From a virus (lineage: Duplodnaviria; Caudoviricetes): a stretch of DNA of 64,000 nt. The translations under genes were made by a program, and so were the position numbers. The notes under the pieces were generated by a model that saw only the letters and a program-made list of their open reading frames with translations, did not search any database and had not been told where the DNA came from. The stretch is taken from positions 214 through 64,213 of the IMG/VR virus record IMGVR_UViG_2791355019_000001. One strand, 5' to 3'. Positions within the stretch are counted from its first letter, which is position 1, and every line of letters starts with the position of its first letter. Positions 53,737 to 61,369 of this stretch are shown here, in pieces.

Positions 53737-54032
53737 ACCGCGACCAGATCGAAACCGGCGGGCCGGCATTCCCGATGCAGGAACCCCAAGCGATCCACGC
53801 CTACGCCGTCGCAGCGGTCGAAGGGATTACGGACCCGGACGAGCGTGATCGCGCGTATCTCAAGGCGCGCGGCGAGGCGGTCGGCGGGATGAGTCTGCGC
53901 GACTACTTCGCAGCGAAGGCGATGCAGGGGTTTGCAGCAGACTCCGATACCGCATGGGGTGATGGTGTAAATGGGGTCGCCCGAACTGCATATGAATGGG
54001 CGGACGCCATGCTGCGAGCACGGAGGGCGTGA
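53733..54032 (+). CDS. Phage hypothetical protein
   Basis: TGGPAFP..GMSLRDYFAAKAMQG..AYEWADAML, a common phage motif. Confidence 0.75.
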   Translation: MNRDQIETGGPAFPMQEPQAIHAYAVAAVEGITDPDERDRAYLKARGEAVGGMSLRDYFAAKAMQGFAADSDTAWGDGVNGVARTAYEWADAMLRARRA

Positions 54033-54682
54033 TGAAAGAACGCCCGGTTCTGTTCTCGGCACCAATGGTGCGCGCGATTCTCGAAGGACGGAAGACGCAG
54101 ACGCGCCGGGCCGTGAAGATCACGAACCGCACGCCTGGCCTGGCCGCCTGCCTGCAGCCGGCTGACCCGGCATGGGTGAGGAAGAAGACCGCCGCCGAAC
54201 TGTGCCCCTACGGCCAGCCCGGCGACCGGCTGTGGGTGCGCGAGGCGTGGGCAGAAGGTTGGACATATGGGGGTGCGAGGCGCTGCGTCTTCTACCGTGC
54301 GACATTGGATGGTCTGCAGGGCGATGCGGAGACGGGCATCAACCACGACCCGAAGCTCGGCGCATCTCCACCGAACATCATTCGGTGGCGTCCATCCATC
54401 CACATGCCCCGCTGGGCCTCGCGCATCCTCCTGGAAGTGACTACCGTTCGCGTCGAGCGGCTGCAGGATATCAGCGAGGCCGACGCAATCGCGGAGGGCA
54501 TCCTCGAACAGCGCAGTCAGACTGACGCAGGATGGGTCGATTACTGGCCTAGCGAGGATGGCGAGCCGTTCGCGCGCGCCTCGGAGGCATACCGCGCCCT
54601 GTGGGAGTCGATCAACGGCCCCAGTTCGTGGACGGCAAACCCGTGGGTGTGGGTCATCACGTTCAGGAGGATCGAGCAATGA
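54032..54682 (+). CDS. ASCH/PUA-like phage protein
   Basis: MVRAILEGRKTQTRR..GDRLWVRE..WRPSIHMPRWASRI..W.ANPWVWV. Confidence 0.8.
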   Translation: MKERPVLFSAPMVRAILEGRKTQTRRAVKITNRTPGLAACLQPADPAWVRKKTAAELCPYGQPGDRLWVREAWAEGWTYGGARRCVFYRATLDGLQGDAETGINHDPKLGASPPNIIRWRPSIHMPRWASRILLEVTTVRVERLQDISEADAIAEGILEQRSQTDAGWVDYWPSEDGEPFARASEAYRALWESINGPSSWTANPWVWVITFRRIEQ

Positions 54683-55113
54683 ACCGCCGCCGCCTCCGCG
54701 CCCGCCCCACCATCGCCGACATGGCCAAGGCCTTCGGCTGCGTCGACGCCATGCTCGACAAGCTTTCGCAGGGCTGGATCCACGAGATCCAGGGGCAGCC
54801 GGTGTTCAAGAACCCCGCCGACGAAACCTGGTACGACATCCCCGCCGCGCTCGCCGGCTGGATCGATCTGTGGCAGCGCATCGCGACGAAGCGCTCGCTC
54901 GACATCGACCTGAAGCCGCTCGCCAAGCTCGCCGCGAAGCTGAACCACGGCGTGCCGCTGCAGCCCGCCGAGGTCGCCGCCTGCATCGAGATCGTCACGG
55001 CCTGCAAGCGCGCCTACCGGCGGATGGACGTCTATGAGATCGGCAGCCTCGTGCGGACGCAGCTGATCGCGAACGAGGTCGAACTGCACGGGCTGACGGG
55101 GGTGGAGGCATGA
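54679..55113 (+). CDS. Hypothetical protein
   Basis: AGGAGG RBS and coupled overlaps. Confidence 0.6.
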   Translation: MNRRRLRARPTIADMAKAFGCVDAMLDKLSQGWIHEIQGQPVFKNPADETWYDIPAALAGWIDLWQRIATKRSLDIDLKPLAKLAAKLNHGVPLQPAEVAACIEIVTACKRAYRRMDVYEIGSLVRTQLIANEVELHGLTGVEA

Positions 55114-56672
55114 AGCGCGACGCCTTCACACTGCCCCTGCTCGCCGAGGAGCTGATCATCGACAACTTCGCCGGCGGCGGCGGGACCTCGACCGGCCTCG
55201 AAGCCGCCTTCGGCCGCCCCGTCGATATTGCGATCAACCACGACCCGGAAGCGCTCGCGATGCATGCGGCGAACCACCCGCACACGCGGCACCTGTGCGA
55301 ATCGGTGTGGGACGTCGATCCGCGCGAGATCAAGGGGCCGGTCGGCCTGGTGTGGCTGTCGCCGGACTGCAAGCACTTCAGCAAGGCGAAGGGCGGCAAG
55401 CCCGTCGAGAAGAAGATCCGCGGCCTCGCATGGGTCGCGCTGCGCTGGGCGGCGGTGAAGCGCCCGCGGGTGATCATGCTCGAGAACGTCGAGGAGTTCA
55501 TCACCTGGGGCCCGCTCATCGAGCATCCGGACGGCACGATGCGGCCCTGCCCGCGGCGCAAGGGCCGCGAGTTCGGCGCCTTCACGAACGCGCTTCGCCG
55601 GCAAGGCTACTCGGTCGATTGGCGCGAGCTGCGCGCCTGCGACTACGGCGCGCCGACGATCCGCAAGCGCTTCTTCCTGATCGCGCGCCGCGACGGGCTG
55701 CCGATCCGCTGGCCCGAGCCGACGCACGGCCACCCGGCGAGCCGCGAGGTCCTCGCCGGCCACCGCAAGCCGTGGCGCACGGCTGCCGAGTGCATCGACT
55801 GGACTCTACCCTGCCCGTCGATCTTTGAGCGCAAGCGCCCGCTTGCTGATGCCACGCTGCGCCGGATCGCGAAGGGGGTGATGCGGTACGTGGTGGAGGC
55901 TGTGGAGCCGTTCATCGTCGGACTCGCTCACGGCGAGTTCAGCGAGCGAGCCGGCAGCCGTACCCATGCACTGCACGACCCGATGCGCACGATCCACGCA
56001 GGCGGCGGAAATTTCGCACTGGTCGCCCCGGTGCTGACCGAGTGCGCGAACGCCTCCTCCCCGCGCAGCATGCCGATCGATGAACCTCTGCGGACGATCT
56101 GCGCCGAGACGAAGGGCGGGCATCACGCCCTCGTCGCCGCCTTCATGGCGAAACACTACGGCGGCGTGGTCGGCCACGAACTGCACGGCGAGCCGCTTCA
56201 TACCGTCACGAGTCAGGACCACAACGCACTCGTCGCCTCGCACCTGGTGAAGCTGCGGAACAACGGCGTTGGCAGCGATCACCGTGAGCCGCTTCACACC
56301 ATCACCGGCGGCGGCGAGCACTTCGGCGAGGTCCGCGCCTTCCTCGTGAAGTATTACGGCACCGATCAGGACCCGCGCCTCGAGGAACCGCTCCACACGG
56401 TGACCACGAAGGACCGCTACGGCCTGGTCACCGTCGCCGGCGAGCAGTACCAGATCGCCGACATCGGCATGCGGATGCTCGCCCCGCGCGAACTCTTCCG
56501 GGCGCAAGGCTTCCCCGAGCACTACATCATCGGCGACGACCCGGCGCAGGGCCTGTGCCTGACGAAGTCGGCGCAGGTACGCATGTGCGGGAACTCCGTC
56601 TGCCCGCCGGTCGCGCAGGCGCTGGTGACGGCGAATTTCGAGCACGAGAAGGCGTGGAGGGTTCAGGCATGA
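55110..56672 (+). CDS. C5 DNA cytosine methyltransferase
   Basis: DNFAGGGG, SPDCKHFS, ENVEEF, RKRFF, repeated EPLHT target-recognition segments, GNSV. Confidence 0.92.
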   Translation: MKRDAFTLPLLAEELIIDNFAGGGGTSTGLEAAFGRPVDIAINHDPEALAMHAANHPHTRHLCESVWDVDPREIKGPVGLVWLSPDCKHFSKAKGGKPVEKKIRGLAWVALRWAAVKRPRVIMLENVEEFITWGPLIEHPDGTMRPCPRRKGREFGAFTNALRRQGYSVDWRELRACDYGAPTIRKRFFLIARRDGLPIRWPEPTHGHPASREVLAGHRKPWRTAAECIDWTLPCPSIFERKRPLADATLRRIAKGVMRYVVEAVEPFIVGLAHGEFSERAGSRTHALHDPMRTIHAGGGNFALVAPVLTECANASSPRSMPIDEPLRTICAETKGGHHALVAAFMAKHYGGVVGHELHGEPLHTVTSQDHNALVASHLVKLRNNGVGSDHREPLHTITGGGEHFGEVRAFLVKYYGTDQDPRLEEPLHTVTTKDRYGLVTVAGEQYQIADIGMRMLAPRELFRAQGFPEHYIIGDDPAQGLCLTKSAQVRMCGNSVCPPVAQALVTANFEHEKAWRVQA

Positions 56673-57052
56673 CCAACATCGTCTATCGCATCCAAGATGC
56701 CGATGGCCGCGGCCCTTGGAAACTCGGATTCTCGCGGCACTGGGTCGAGGATCGCGACGACCATGACCTGTTGATCCCGTGGTACCGGGAATTCGGCCGC
56801 GTCGATCAGCGCGCCATTGTCGGCATGCACATCGGCTGCGGCTGTCGCACCGAAGAGCAGCTTCGGCGGTGGTTCACGCCCACCGAGTACGCGCGCCTCG
56901 TGGAGTTCGGCTATCGCGCCGTGCAGATGGAAGTCGGCCGCATTCTGGCCGAATCGAACATCCAGTGCGTGTTCGAGCGGGTGAGGCCGCTACGATGGGA
57001 TGTCGAGCCGTTCGCGCTGTACGAGATCGGCGTGAAGGGAGTGACGGCATGA
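56669..57052 (+). CDS. Hypothetical protein
   Basis: VYRIQDADGRGPW..QLRRWFT; coupled overlaps. Confidence 0.6.
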   Translation: MTNIVYRIQDADGRGPWKLGFSRHWVEDRDDHDLLIPWYREFGRVDQRAIVGMHIGCGCRTEEQLRRWFTPTEYARLVEFGYRAVQMEVGRILAESNIQCVFERVRPLRWDVEPFALYEIGVKGVTA

Positions 57053-58275
57053 CCCGCGACCTCTCCCTCTTCGAAGGCGGCGCCCGCCTGCAGATGACGG
57101 AATCGATCGAGCTGACGATCCAGTCGATGCGGGCCCACGGCCCGCGGCACGATCACTGGGTGTTCGCATGGTCCGGCGGCAAGGACTCGACCGCGACGCT
57201 CACCCTGATCCTCTACCTCATTGCCGCCGGCAAGATCGCGGCGCCGAGGCGCATCACCGTGCTGTACGCCGACACCAGGCAGGAACTGCCGCCGCTGGCC
57301 ATTGCTGCGCAGGAGATCATGGACTGCCTCGCCGAGCGCGGCGTCGCGTACCGCATCGTCCGCGCGCCGCTCGACAAACGATTCCTGCCCTACATCCTCG
57401 GCCGCGGCGTTCCGCCTCCGAACAACAACACGCTTCGGTGGTGCACGCGCCAGATCAAGGTCGATCCGATGACGGCCGCGATCGCCGAGACCCTCGCTGA
57501 CGGTACCGCACTGGTGATCACCGGCGTGCGCCAGGGCGAGAGCGCGATCCGCGACCGCCGCATCGAGATGAGCTGCAGCAAGGACGGCGCAGAGTGCGGC
57601 CAGGGCTGGTATCAGCAGGTCCTGCCGGAGTCGAAGGGCGTGCGCGGCCGCATCGCCACCCTCGCGCCGATCCTGCACTGGCGCGTCTGCCACGTCTGGG
57701 AATGGCTGCGGCACTGGGCCCCAACTGCGGAGTTCGGCGAGTGGCCGACCGAGGTCATCGCCGACGCCTACGGCGGCGACGAGGCCGAGGAGATCAACGC
57801 CCGCACCGGCTGCGTCGGCTGCCCGCTTGCGCAGGAGGAGAAGGCGCTCGAGGCGATCCTCGCCATGCCGCGCTGGCAGTGGCTGGCACCGCTGCGTCGC
57901 CTGAAGCCGATCTACCGGGAACTGCGCGAGCCGAGGAACCGGTTGCGCAAATCCGGCGCCGAGACGCGCAAGGACGGCTCGCTCGCTGCCAACCCGCAGC
58001 GCATGGGCCCGCTCACCTTCGAGGCGCGCGAATGGGCGCTCGCCGAGATCCTGAGCATCCAGGCCGAATGCAACGCCGCACGGCCTACGCGCGTGCCGGC
58101 GCTGTCGCTGATCGACGGCGAGGAAGAAGCCCGCATCCGCGAGCTGATCGCCGCTGGCACCTGGCCAGACGGATGGAGCGGCGATGAGCCGCATGCGGAC
58201 GAGTTCCTCGGCGTGACCGTGTATGCGAACGGTGCCGAGCAGCACGATCTATTCGGACTTGAGGAAACAGCATGA
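57049..58275 (+). CDS. PAPS reductase / DndC-like PP-loop protein
   Basis: AWSGGKDST, RWCTRQIKVDP, TGVRQGES, RTGCVGCP, GPLT. Confidence 0.85.
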   Translation: MTRDLSLFEGGARLQMTESIELTIQSMRAHGPRHDHWVFAWSGGKDSTATLTLILYLIAAGKIAAPRRITVLYADTRQELPPLAIAAQEIMDCLAERGVAYRIVRAPLDKRFLPYILGRGVPPPNNNTLRWCTRQIKVDPMTAAIAETLADGTALVITGVRQGESAIRDRRIEMSCSKDGAECGQGWYQQVLPESKGVRGRIATLAPILHWRVCHVWEWLRHWAPTAEFGEWPTEVIADAYGGDEAEEINARTGCVGCPLAQEEKALEAILAMPRWQWLAPLRRLKPIYRELREPRNRLRKSGAETRKDGSLAANPQRMGPLTFEAREWALAEILSIQAECNAARPTRVPALSLIDGEEEARIRELIAAGTWPDGWSGDEPHADEFLGVTVYANGAEQHDLFGLEETA

Positions 58276-58532
58276 CCACAAAACCCCTCACCGCAATCAA
58301 GCCGATCTACGTCGACCTCCCGACCGTTGCCGAGATCGTCGCGCTGTCGGTCACGACGGTGCAGGAACTCGTCAGGCAGGGGCAATTCCCGGCCCCGCGC
58401 CAGACATCCGGCCGCCGCGTCGCCTGGCTGGTGCGCGAGGTCGAGGAATGGGCGGAGAGCCGGCCGACCTCGAGTCTGTTGCCGCCGCCGAATACGGGGG
58501 CGAAGAAGCCGCGGAAGCAGGTTGCGGCGTAA
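58272..58532 (+). CDS. AlpA-family excisionase / regulator
   Basis: GQFPAPRQTSGRRVAWLVREVEEWA. Confidence 0.85.
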   Translation: MTTKPLTAIKPIYVDLPTVAEIVALSVTTVQELVRQGQFPAPRQTSGRRVAWLVREVEEWAESRPTSSLLPPPNTGAKKPRKQVAA

Positions 58533-58594
58533 CGACCGAAATGAGCGGACCTGAGCCGCTTTTGGCGAAGGTCCGCTCGATGAACTAGTTCGAC
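58527..58594 (-). other. attC site (distal)
   Basis: Minus strand GTCGAAC-N5-CAT(C)GAGCGGACCT..AGGTCCGCTCATT-N6-GTTACGC, with an extra C in L''. Confidence 0.75.
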
Positions 58595-58621
58595 GGCACG
58601 AATACCGGAGAGGATGAAACG

Positions 58622-58888
58622 ATGAGCACTGAACTGGACCTCGACGATGTGGCATCGCAGAGCAACAAGGCGGTCGCGGAACTGGCTGCGCTGCGCACGG
58701 AACTCGCGATCCTGCGGGGTCAGATTGCGACTGCGCCTCGCGGCATTTCTGCGGAGGCGGATTTCGAGCGAATGACGTGGACATTTGAGATTGAGCAGGG
58801 ATGCCGGGTCGGTGGCGGCACCTACGCGCTGGTGTGCCTGCCGTCGAACGACCAAGGCAAGCGGACCGAACGAAGCGCAGCGAAGTGA
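58622..58888 (+). CDS. Cassette-borne hypothetical protein, inverted relative to attC
   Basis: GGAGAGG RBS; stop codon lies inside the next attC. Confidence 0.6.
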   Translation: MSTELDLDDVASQSNKAVAELAALRTELAILRGQIATAPRGISAEADFERMTWTFEIEQGCRVGGGTYALVCLPSNDQGKRTERSAAK

Positions 58889-58915
58889 GTGTCCGCCTTG
58901 GGCACCGAGTTGCCC
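58843..58915 (-). other. attC site (middle)
   Basis: Minus strand GGGCAAC-N5-GCCCAAGGCGGAC..GTCCGCTTGCC-N6-GTTCGAC. Confidence 0.7.
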
Positions 58916-58943
58916 GACGGCCAATCAGAACGAGGACAGTCAA

Positions 58944-59225
58944 ATGGATAAACCACACCGGGCCGTGAGGCTCACCCTGAAGATGGAGGCGGACTCTCCG
59001 CACGAACTGGCTACCGCACTGATGAACTTTGCCGTGCAGATCGAGCGCGGCGAGGTTTCGAAAGGCGTCAGCGGAGGGTGCAGCAGCGGCGCGATTTACG
59101 AACTGCTGCACGCGCCGGAGCAGACGCACGAAGCATATTTCGAGCAGGTGCGCGAGTACCTGGCGAGCAAGTCGGGCAACGCAGAGCTGAAAGGCGCCTG
59201 CACGAAAGAGCAACAGGACCAGTGA
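58944..59225 (+). CDS. Cassette-borne hypothetical protein, inverted relative to attC
   Basis: GAGG RBS; reads into attC (..SGNAELKGA..). Confidence 0.6.
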   Translation: MDKPHRAVRLTLKMEADSPHELATALMNFAVQIERGEVSKGVSGGCSSGAIYELLHAPEQTHEAYFEQVREYLASKSGNAELKGACTKEQQDQ

Positions 59226-59265
59226 CGCCGGCTGTTCAGGCGTCCTTTCGAGCGCCGGGTTAGCC
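59174..59265 (-). other. attC site (proximal)
   Basis: Minus strand GGCTAAC-N5-GCT(C)GAAAGG(A)CGCCTG..CAGGCGCCTTTCAGC-N5-GTTGCCC. Confidence 0.8.
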
Positions 59266-59289
59266 GGCACAGTAACCACGGAGAATGGC

Positions 59290-59619
59290 ATGGCACTGCA
59301 ATGCACAACGATGCAACAAGAGGACGCGCTGGCCGCTGTGATTGGCGAGCGTTCTTTCCAAGACCAGAAGTGGGGAACCATCACCGAGCACCCGCACGAG
59401 GTTGGTTCCTGGCTCACGATCATGCGGCAACTGCTGAACGATGCCGAGCGGGCCTACATGAGCCAACGCGGCGACATTGGCGCCCTGGACGAACTGCGCA
59501 AGGTCGTAGCGGTCGGCGTGGCCTGCATGGAGCAGCACGGCGTTCCGTCCCGCTTGCGCAAGGAGCCCGCCATCAACCTGGACGGCTACCGCGAGGCGGG
59601 CAGCGCCCTGGCTGGGTGA
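59290..59619 (+). CDS. Cassette-borne small helical protein (MazG-like fold possible)
   Basis: ER.FQDQKWG..H....WL..ELRKVVAVGVACMEQHG; GGAG RBS. Confidence 0.6.
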   Translation: MALQCTTMQQEDALAAVIGERSFQDQKWGTITEHPHEVGSWLTIMRQLLNDAERAYMSQRGDIGALDELRKVVAVGVACMEQHGVPSRLRKEPAINLDGYREAGSALAG

Positions 59620-59620
59620 C

Positions 59621-59650
59621 GGCTAACTCCAATTAACAGAGAGAAATCGT
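59621..59650 (-). other. attI-like site
   Basis: Minus strand CTGTTAATTGGA-GTTAGCC; no attC palindrome follows; lies between the cassette array and the divergent intI fragment. Confidence 0.5.
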
Positions 59651-59686
59651 CGGTTGGCGTTCCACGATCACCCGGAAACCCTTGCC

Positions 59687-59872
59687 ATGACTGAAACCAT
59701 CGAACAAACCGCGACAGTCGCCACGGCGCAGCAGCCGCGCCTGATGGATCGGGTACGGGCGGCGCTCCGGGTTGCGCACTACGCGCTGAGCACGGAGCGC
59801 ACGTACTGTCACTGGATCAAGCGCTACATCCTGCACCACAACAAGCGCCACCCGCTCGACCGGATCTCCTGA
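59687..59872 (+). pseudogene. intI: Truncated integron integrase (N-terminal SAM-like domain only)
   Basis: PRLMDRVRAALRVAHYALSTERTYCHWIKRYILHHNKRHP matches the IntI N-terminus; stops 5 codons later, just before the phage integrase 3' end. Confidence 0.8.
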
Positions 59873-59874
59873 CG

Positions 59875-61170
59875 TTACCTTCGAGCCAGCCCCTCCAGGT
59901 GCGCATCCAGACGTCGGAGCCACTCCACCCGCTGATCGTCGTAGGAATGCAGGTTGTACGTCCCGACGATCCCCGGCTGCATGTGCCCGATGACCGCCTC
60001 GCCGACCTCGTTCGGGCAACCGATCGACGCGAGCAGCGTGCGCGCTGTCCGGCGCAGATCGTGCGGCGCCCAGTGCGTCACCGGCAACCGCGGCCTCGGC
60101 TCATCCGGCCTCGTGCGGCTGTAGGGCTGGTGGTGATAGACGGCGACCTGCACCGTCTTCTGCTCGACAGGCTTCACGACCTTCGTCTTCGCCGGGAACA
60201 GATAGCCAGCCCCGTACAGATCCTTCCGGCGTAGCACGACCGTGCGCGCGCGCCCGAAGAGCGGTACGCGCAGGTCCGTGGCGTTCTCGTGGCGGGCGTT
60301 CTTCGTCTTCTCCTTCGGGCACTGCCACCACAGAATGCCGTCCGCCTCCTCGCGCACTTCGCTGCCGGACATGCCGCAGATCTCCGCGCCGCGCGTCGCC
60401 GTCCAGAGGTAGAGCGTCAGCACGTCCTCGACGAGCGAGGAGAAGTTCGGCAGCCATCGGATGACCTCGCCTGTCTCGTCGGCCGTCAGTACGCGCTTCG
60501 ACGTGCCGACGTGCTGGCCGCCAATCTTCTTCCCCTTGCTCTTGATCTTGCCTCTCAAGATAAGTCGCCACCAGTTCGGCGATGTGTCCGGCAGCCTCCC
60601 CGAGTCGATCGCGTAGTCCCACGCCGCGCCCAGTTCCGAGCGGAGGTTCTGCGCCTGCACCGGGGCACGCTCAGCGATGGACCGGATGAGGTCAAAGGCC
60701 TGGCTGCGGGTGAGCGTTGCTGCAGGGAGGGAGGCGGTTGCGCCGAGGTCCAGATCGAACATGCGCCGGACCTCGGCTGCGCCCTTCCGTTGCCGGGTGA
60801 TGCGGATGTGTCCGGCGTAGTAGTCGTTGCACACGTCGAGCACGGTATAGGCGGCGGTCATGGCCTGCCGGCGCTTCGCCTCGACCTGCCGGCGCTTCTC
60901 TGCCCGCGCTTCCTTCGCAGCAAGCGCGGGATCTTCCCCGGCCTCGCGCGCCCTGCGCAGCCCATCCCACGCCGCGACAGCCAGATGCACCGACATCGCC
61001 GGCCACTCGCCGAGCTTCGTCTGTCGCATGCGCCCGTCGATCGGGCTCTTGTAGCGGTACGTCCACGCGCGGCCGCTCTCCGTGGCGACGATCCGAAGAC
61101 CGGGGAATTCAGGGCTGGTAAGATGCTCGCCCGCAGGCAGGAGCTTGATGGTGCGTGCGTCGAAGGTCAT
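59875..61170 (-). CDS. int: Prophage tyrosine integrase with N-terminal arm-binding domain
   Basis: PGLRI..WTYRYKSP..KLGEWP arm domain; catalytic TATRGAE, KTKN, HDLRRTART, IGH, TY. Confidence 0.93.
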   Translation of the reverse strand: MTFDARTIKLLPAGEHLTSPEFPGLRIVATESGRAWTYRYKSPIDGRMRQTKLGEWPAMSVHLAVAAWDGLRRAREAGEDPALAAKEARAEKRRQVEAKRRQAMTAAYTVLDVCNDYYAGHIRITRQRKGAAEVRRMFDLDLGATASLPAATLTRSQAFDLIRSIAERAPVQAQNLRSELGAAWDYAIDSGRLPDTSPNWWRLILRGKIKSKGKKIGGQHVGTSKRVLTADETGEVIRWLPNFSSLVEDVLTLYLWTATRGAEICGMSGSEVREEADGILWWQCPKEKTKNARHENATDLRVPLFGRARTVVLRRKDLYGAGYLFPAKTKVVKPVEQKTVQVAVYHHQPYSRTRPDEPRPRLPVTHWAPHDLRRTARTLLASIGCPNEVGEAVIGHMQPGIVGTYNLHSYDDQRVEWLRRLDAHLEGLARR

Positions 61171-61173
61171 CCT

Positions 61174-61268
61174 GGCGTAACTTCGGCTATGACGTTACCG
61201 TCCCGGCGTAACTTCGGATTTGGGATGCCGGCGTAAGATCGGTTTCTGGATGGCCAAAAGCTACGCCA
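61174..61268. repeat. Putative integrase arm-type binding repeats
   Basis: GGCGTAACTTCGG at 61174-86 and 61205-17, GGCGTAA at 61230-36, inverted CTACGCCA at 61261-68. Confidence 0.6.
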
Positions 61269-61369
61269 ATCTGCCAAGTGTTGGCAAGTTTTGACGTGTG
61301 CAGGCGTTACTACCGGTAAAACTGCAGGCCGCTCGGATTCACATACGAAACAACGGATTAGGCTGCAAA

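Noticed and set aside
58527-59265. Palindromes as simple terminators or REP elements
   Set aside because: No U tails; they have AAC/GTT cores, 5-6 nt spacers, bulged L'' bases and cassette-matched ends, which fit attC better
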